Assembly: GCA_048939015.1 (NCBI GenBank)
Contig: JBHLPW010000035.1
Span: 1 to 53,115, forward strand
Length of the DNA: 53,115 nucleotides
Reading direction: 5' to 3'
From: Promethearchaeota archaeon
GTDB lineage: Archaea > Asgardarchaeota > Lokiarchaeia > Sigyniarchaeales > SOKP01
In this document: positions 47,570 through 53,115 of the stretch, in pieces
Position numbering within the stretch: position 1 is the first letter of the stretch
Layout: the number at the start of each line of letters is the position of its first letter
Translations under genes and position numbers: made by a program
The notes under the pieces: model-generated
What the model saw: the letters and a program-made list of their open reading frames with translations, nothing else
Told to the model about the DNA's origin: nothing
Database searches by the model: none

Positions 47570-48790
47570 CTATACTGCTCTATAAATTGGCCACTTCCTC
47601 CACACATAGGCAAATAATATTTCAATCCAAAGAAACCATAATGTAAATGGAGTGGGATTCATTCGCCAATAATCTGTTGTATCTCCGAACATAAGTGGAG
47701 ACAATAGATAATATCCTAGAAAGGTTAAAGTACCGATTCCTATAACTAGGGCAAACCTAAATAGAAAATTCTGCCATTGAGGAAATCTTTTTGGCCAATT
47801 GTCAAAAAACAATGATACTAAGACTACAGCACAAATAAGGAAAATCGCATATGTAATACTCATCATATACCAACCCTTAAGTCTAGTTACCGCATCTGGT
47901 GGTGTTCCTCCTATAGCTACAAAGAAAGGATCGAAAAGATATTGAACTATAGTAGGGAAAAAGTAGGAAACTAACAAACCCAATAATACACAAGACCCAA
48001 ATGCGATAATTCCCATAAAGGGTTGTTTTCGCCCTAATTTATTCCATGGCCAATATTCAAAAACCATCATTGTCAATAATGAGAAAAATATTATCCACTG
48101 TGTCCATCCCAAAGAAAAAGCATAACTAGGAAAGTATGTAATAGGTTTAACTGCTCCGGCTTCAGATGTAGCTGTACGTTCACCTGCAGGAAAAAATAAC
48201 AAAAACCACACCACTAACATTATTGCAGTTCCTATTATCCATACAATAATTCCCCGTTTTGGCTGTTTTATTTTAAAAAAAGGCCAATACATAGTACCTG
48301 CAACCCAAAGAACTGCAAATGAAAAACAAGAACCACTTAAGGCACCAAAAATCGATGCCCCAACATACCAGGCAATATAAGGATCTGTGATCTGACTACC
48401 ATAAAATGAATTAAACCAAGGTAAAAGTAAAAGTGTAAAAATCAAGACAATTATGATATTAATCACGGTACCTACAAGACCTACTTTCCAAGGAGTACGG
48501 AACCAACCATAATAAGGCCAATTTTCAAACCATATCGCCCAAACTACTCCAATAAGTCCAAATCCACCTATAACGGTTGCCCACGCAGTGATTTCCATTT
48601 CCTGAGTGGGATAGGGATTATGCCAACGCGGATCAAAAAAAATTAGCCATGTTATCCAACTGATTATGAAAACGATCAAAATTGATAAAAAACCCGCCAT
48701 GGGTTGTTTATATCGCGCCATTACAATCATAGGCGCTTCATCTGCGGAAGGAATTCCGACTTTTTCGCCAGCAAGAGCCATAATTTTCAC
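47570..48790 (-). CDS. Polytopic membrane protein (putative permease) with repeated WP...QP motifs
   Basis: About ten TM segments with five WP-containing units; first gene of the ligase/FabH-like operon. Confidence 0.8.
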   Translation of the reverse strand: MKIMALAGEKVGIPSADEAPMIVMARYKQPMAGFLSILIVFIISWITWLIFFDPRWHNPYPTQEMEITAWATVIGGFGLIGVVWAIWFENWPYYGWFRTPWKVGLVGTVINIIIVLIFTLLLLPWFNSFYGSQITDPYIAWYVGASIFGALSGSCFSFAVLWVAGTMYWPFFKIKQPKRGIIVWIIGTAIMLVVWFLLFFPAGERTATSEAGAVKPITYFPSYAFSLGWTQWIIFFSLLTMMVFEYWPWNKLGRKQPFMGIIAFGSCVLLGLLVSYFFPTIVQYLFDPFFVAIGGTPPDAVTRLKGWYMMSITYAIFLICAVVLVSLFFDNWPKRFPQWQNFLFRFALVIGIGTLTFLGYYLLSPLMFGDTTDYWRMNPTPFTLWFLWIEILFAYVWRKWPIYRAV

Positions 48791-48930
48791 TTAAATTATT
48801 ATTTATTTAATATATTGTATAGTTTATTCATATATTTAACTTGAATCCATTTAAATCTAATAAGAATTCTTCATAGGAATTTAAATTTATAAAAAAAGTA
48901 TAATTCATTTTGGAAAATGAATGTAATATC

Positions 48931-50133
48931 TCATATTTTTACTAATTCATAGTCAAGAGATCCTAACTTATTTCTCATAGCAGCTTTAAATATATTAGAG
49001 GGATCAACCATTGGCATCAGTGCTTTAAATTTTTCAATTCCTTTTTCAAGTGGTTGGGTCCATTCGCCTTCTTTATTGAGAAATGGAAGTCCTGGTGCAT
49101 TTGTTTCCGCATCAACACATGCTTTATCAATAGCAACTGGATCTGATGAACCAAAAATACCAAGATCGGGAACAACTGGAACACTCGCATTTGGAACACA
49201 ATCACACATAGCTGGAATGTCAAAAGCAAAACTAATATAGCGGATATTTTCAGTTCCAAAACTCAAAACACCTAAAATACTATCCACAAAATGTTCGACA
49301 AAATCAGGGAAATTTCTCATCTTAGGTGCCTTTAACGCTTTTTTAACAGGACACTTTTGAGTGCATCGAAAACAACCATAGCAGATGGATGGATCTATTA
49401 CTGCATGTTCACCCTCTATTTTTATAGCATCTACTGGGCAGGAGCTAACACATTCTTGTTGGCATAACGATAAATTACATTTTTTTAAATTGACTTCAAT
49501 AAGACCATCAAAATGAGCTAAGTGTTTATTCCTTTTTGTAACACAGCCTATTCCCAATTGTTTCAATGCGCCCCCGAATCCTGCTTGTGGATGTCCTTTG
49601 AAATGTGAAACAATTACTAGTTTATCAAAATCAAATAGGTGTTTTGCTACAGAAACCTCTTTAAGATGAATTCCTTCAACATTTATAACCTTTCTGTCAA
49701 TCCCTTTATCACCATCAATAAATTCTAAAGGAGCTCCAATTACATTTTCAGAATAGCCATGAAGTTCAGCAATCTTTTTATGATCTTCAGTATTTTTTCT
49801 ATGCCCTACGCAAATATCGTAATCTTCACAAATCGTAATATTTTCAATATTATTTCCAAGTCCTTGCGTTTCAATAAGAGTTGGAATCCCTCCTTTAGCT
49901 TTTATAGCCTTTACTATTTCACGTACATAATCAGGACGTAAATAATGGGTATTTTGCGCCTCTCCGACGTGTACTTTTACTCCTACTTTATCTCCAGAAC
50001 CAATATGATCGAGAATTTTATCTAAAATAAAGCGAGTCTTTACTAAATTATTAGTGATCATATTTCTAGCTGTATTTGGTAAAGCTGCGACCTCATTTGG
50101 AGATGCCCAATACACTTTAGGTTTTAACGACAT
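48931..50133 (-). CDS. DUF362-family protein with inserted 4Fe-4S ferredoxin domain
   Basis: VGVKVHVGE, SHFKGH...GGALKQLGIGC, CYGCFRCTQKCP, CDC, DPVAIDKAC; start taken as MSLKPK. Confidence 0.9.
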   Translation of the reverse strand: MSLKPKVYWASPNEVAALPNTARNMITNNLVKTRFILDKILDHIGSGDKVGVKVHVGEAQNTHYLRPDYVREIVKAIKAKGGIPTLIETQGLGNNIENITICEDYDICVGHRKNTEDHKKIAELHGYSENVIGAPLEFIDGDKGIDRKVINVEGIHLKEVSVAKHLFDFDKLVIVSHFKGHPQAGFGGALKQLGIGCVTKRNKHLAHFDGLIEVNLKKCNLSLCQQECVSSCPVDAIKIEGEHAVIDPSICYGCFRCTQKCPVKKALKAPKMRNFPDFVEHFVDSILGVLSFGTENIRYISFAFDIPAMCDCVPNASVPVVPDLGIFGSSDPVAIDKACVDAETNAPGLPFLNKEGEWTQPLEKGIEKFKALMPMVDPSNIFKAAMRNKLGSLDYELVKI

Positions 50134-50291
50134 TATTTTTTTCTCGTTTATTATTTTTACATTAATGTAATTCAATAATTTGAATATCAGGAAATTGATT
50201 TTAAATGGGTTTAATAACTTTTAAATGAATCCATTATAAAATTATAGTCTTTAAAAAAACCAGAGAATAAATGAATCTTCTTTTATCTGGA

Positions 50292-51167
50292 TCACGTTAT
50301 AAATTCTTCTTTAGAAAAACCTTTTGATTTTAGAAGATCTTCTGCGTCATTTATGAGACTCTCAATGAAATCTTTTAAAGGAATAATTTCCTTGCGAAAT
50401 CCTATTGCTGCAGATGGTACTCTCGTGGGTCCTAACGTTAAATGGTACAACCCTTTATGATAATTTTCATCAAAAATATCTGTATTTAGCCATTTTTCCT
50501 TCATATCAGTAGATAATGGACTCTCTTTTGTTGTTAATATTGCAGTTCCTAAACAAACAGCCTCTGCTCCCATAATCAGAGCTCCAAGAAATCCCCGAGC
50601 ATCCCCGATTCCTCCTGCTGCAATTACGGGAATTTTTAATATTCTTTTGGCCATTGTTAAGTTTACCAGAGTTGTATGTTGAAATGGATTTTTAAATCCA
50701 GCGGCTTCCATACCAATTAAAGTAATCGCATTTGCTCCTTCTTTTTCAGCAGATATCGCATGCCTCATTAATGCACATTTATGAAACCAATAGCAACCTG
50801 CTTCATGTATCCTGTTTCCAAGAAAGGATGCTTGATATGCCGAAGTTGTGAAAATATTAACCTCTTTATCAATAGCAATTTCTAAATATTTCAAATAATC
50901 TTCATTAGTAATATTACCATCTATAAATCTTACTCCGGGTGGAACAACTGTAAGATTAACTCCGAATGGTTTATCAGTCAGCTCATACATTTTATCTAAT
51001 TCATTTTTGAAATCTTTAACGTTGTAATTCAAGGCTGTTATGATTCCTAAACCTCCTGCATTAGAAAAAGAAGCTGCAAATTTAGTTTTACCAAGTCCGG
51101 CGAAGGCTGCCATGATAAGAGGATATTTTGTCTTGGTTAATTTAGTGATCTGCGTTTTCCATATCAA
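50292..51167 (-). CDS. Nitronate monooxygenase / FabK-like FMN-dependent oxidoreductase
   Basis: SNAGGLGII, TDKPFGVN, IPVIAAGGIGDARG, GAEAVCLGT. Confidence 0.9.
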   Translation of the reverse strand: MIWKTQITKLTKTKYPLIMAAFAGLGKTKFAASFSNAGGLGIITALNYNVKDFKNELDKMYELTDKPFGVNLTVVPPGVRFIDGNITNEDYLKYLEIAIDKEVNIFTTSAYQASFLGNRIHEAGCYWFHKCALMRHAISAEKEGANAITLIGMEAAGFKNPFQHTTLVNLTMAKRILKIPVIAAGGIGDARGFLGALIMGAEAVCLGTAILTTKESPLSTDMKEKWLNTDIFDENYHKGLYHLTLGPTRVPSAAIGFRKEIIPLKDFIESLINDAEDLLKSKGFSKEEFIT

Positions 51168-51192
51168 AGTATAATCATTTCAAGTTATAATT

Positions 51193-52047
51193 TTAAATAT
51201 TTAATAATTTCTTAGCATTTTTAAATAGTATTGAATTCTTAAAGGTTTGCGGTATTTTTAGGTCTTTTACTGCTGGAAGAATCTGTTTCCAATGAATTAA
51301 GGGATGATCTGATGCGAATAAAACTTTATGTTCAATCTTATCCTTTATATAAGCATCCCATGGAAAATATGAGTATAAATGGTAGTGAGCTGAGATATCA
51401 ACATAGACATTTGGATGACGTAGAACCACAGAATATGTATCCCAAAACCACGGAGTACCCATATGCCCAATTATTATAGTTAATTCTTGATTCCTCATAG
51501 CCACTTCATCTATTAACATAGGATGACCATATTTTGCTATTGATCCGATCGTTGAAACTTGATGACCTCCATGAGTCCATAAAGGGACATTAAGGTCTAT
51601 CATCTTCTTCCATATTGGATCATATTTTCGGTCTGAAATATTAAACTTCTGAACTGGAGGTACAATCTTTACTCCTTTTAAATTTAATGAGGTTATGGCG
51701 TAATCTAGTTGATCAAGGGCTTCAGGAGACGGAATATCAATACCTGCAAATCCTATTAGTCTATTTGGATGAAGTTGTACAAGATTTGCAATATCCTCAT
51801 TAGTTACTAATATGATATCATAGGCAGTTTTGACATTGAAACTTACAACTACTGATTTTGTTATGCCAAACTCATCCATTAAGTCAATGTAATTATCGAT
51901 CGATACATGTTCGCTTACACTTTTCAACATTTTATACATATATTTTCTTCTAAAAGGGTCAGATGACCACATTGCGTCTGCTATCTTATTTAAATCATCC
52001 CAAGTTACTTCCTTACAAAAAGGATGAACATGCATATCAATAATCAT
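51193..52047 (-). CDS. Amidohydrolase_2 family metal-dependent hydrolase
   Basis: IIDMHVHP, LKGVKI, WTHGG, GHMG, VYVDIS, LFASDHP. Confidence 0.92.
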   Translation of the reverse strand: MIIDMHVHPFCKEVTWDDLNKIADAMWSSDPFRRKYMYKMLKSVSEHVSIDNYIDLMDEFGITKSVVVSFNVKTAYDIILVTNEDIANLVQLHPNRLIGFAGIDIPSPEALDQLDYAITSLNLKGVKIVPPVQKFNISDRKYDPIWKKMIDLNVPLWTHGGHQVSTIGSIAKYGHPMLIDEVAMRNQELTIIIGHMGTPWFWDTYSVVLRHPNVYVDISAHYHLYSYFPWDAYIKDKIEHKVLFASDHPLIHWKQILPAVKDLKIPQTFKNSILFKNAKKLLNI

Positions 52048-52309
52048 AATAATATCATTCTCTACTATAAACTGAATTTTAAAAACAATTATTATGTTAA
52101 AAAATAAGAGACCTTATAAATAAATTCATGTTTTGAACTTTCAATATCCATATTTCATTACTTTCTACTAATCTAAGAAGAATATTATTATCCAAAATTG
52201 TCAAAAAGCTATTTGGTAAGATATATTTAAATATCTAAGCGCCATTAATTATTTTACATTTATATTTATATAATCTAATATAAATTTGAAATCCAAGAGC
52301 AGGAAAACT

Positions 52310-53115
52310 ATGAAAAGTTCAAAAAAAGTTATATTAATTAGTGTTTTTAGTTTATTGGTATTTTGTTCCTTTTTGATTCAACCAGTAAGAGCACAGGATT
52401 GGGTTTATAATGGTGTAGATACAATAAATATACCTGGCTCTTCAGTGTATCCCTCTGAATGGTATGTTTATGAACCAGACATGTCAGGGCTTCCATCCGG
52501 GCTGGCATACCTATTTGAAATTGTAAAAGGTAATTCAACTGTACAAGCATTGATTGGAAATAGTACTTCTGTTTGGGGCGACGCATGGGGTTTGAATACA
52601 ACCACTTGGGAAAAGATAGCAGGTTCTTCAGCGCTTGATGTAAATTTTGGTAATTGGAATGAAACTTTTGGATATTTAACAGTAGGCTTTCTTCCATTCA
52701 TAATCCCTGTTGAAAGTAATGGATTTGTTTCATTGCCTATTCTAAAAAATGTATCTTATTACTTTGAAATATCAATGGCATACTATGAGTTTGAACATCA
52801 CCAAATTTATCCTAATACAAACTCTTTTTCATTTTGGAATACATCCAATAATAACTACATTAGCTTAAATTATACAGATGACGGAATTATGACTAAAATT
52901 GAAATGCATATGGGATCATTTCCAACTATGGGAAATTGGAGTTTATATTCACAACCAGCACAAATGGCGCCGGTATTCACTTTCTCAACAGATGATGGTA
53001 TCTTAGCTGTAAATTCAACAGATCTTACATTGGTCGTAGATATTACTGATGCTGATAATAATAACGATGGAGTAATTGATACTGACTATGAATATCGCAT
53101 ATATAATGGAACAAG
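52310..53115 (+). CDS. Secreted/surface glycoprotein, 3'-truncated (not in ORF track)
   Basis: MKSSKKVILISVFSLLVFCSFLIQPVRA/QDW signal peptide; frame open to the window end; many N-x-S/T sequons; DNNNDGVID Ca-binding-like motif. Confidence 0.9.
   Translation, partial: MKSSKKVILISVFSLLVFCSFLIQPVRAQDWVYNGVDTINIPGSSVYPSEWYVYEPDMSGLPSGLAYLFEIVKGNSTVQALIGNSTSVWGDAWGLNTTTWEKIAGSSALDVNFGNWNETFGYLTVGFLPFIIPVESNGFVSLPILKNVSYYFEISMAYYEFEHHQIYPNTNSFSFWNTSNNNYISLNYTDDGIMTKIEMHMGSFPTMGNWSLYSQPAQMAPVFTFSTDDGILAVNSTDLTLVVDITDADNNNDGVIDTDYEYRIYNGT

Noticed and set aside
52347-52701. Two minus-strand ORFs (116 and 77 aa)
   Set aside because: Antisense to the signal-peptide-bearing plus-strand CDS starting at 52310.

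Overview
AT-rich archaeal chromosomal segment, most likely Asgard (Lokiarchaeia-like). The assignment rests on two small GTPases (one with all five RabF-like motifs), a uDENN/longin-like plus winged-helix protein, paralogous 7TM proteins, a multi-TM protein with a C-terminal C4C4 zinc finger, Loki-CTERM-type surface proteins, PAC2, DUF2070, TATA-like promoters, GGTGA/GAGG ribosome-binding sites and frequent TTG/GTG starts. It holds about 55 CDS and one intron-less tRNA-Ala(GGC). Metabolic modules include an esterase with HxlR regulator, a corrinoid protein with an MtaA-like methyltransferase, a glycyl radical enzyme with a tandem FMN split-barrel partner and no activase in the window, an LLM oxidoreductase, four MFS transporters, an ABC-2 exporter and a permease/acyl-CoA ligase/FabH-like operon. 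Main leads: (1) a coupled GTPase and uDENN/longin-wHTH pair downstream of a 7TM gene; (2) a 40-70 bp palindromic repeat found four times between genes around the tRNA; (3) an unclassified glycyl radical enzyme module; (4) a GNAT gene broken by one in-frame UGA with a weak SECIS-like pattern downstream; (5) genes the ORF track misses or truncates. I found no transposase, integrase, CRISPR array or rRNA. All family calls come from reading motifs by eye, not from database searches.
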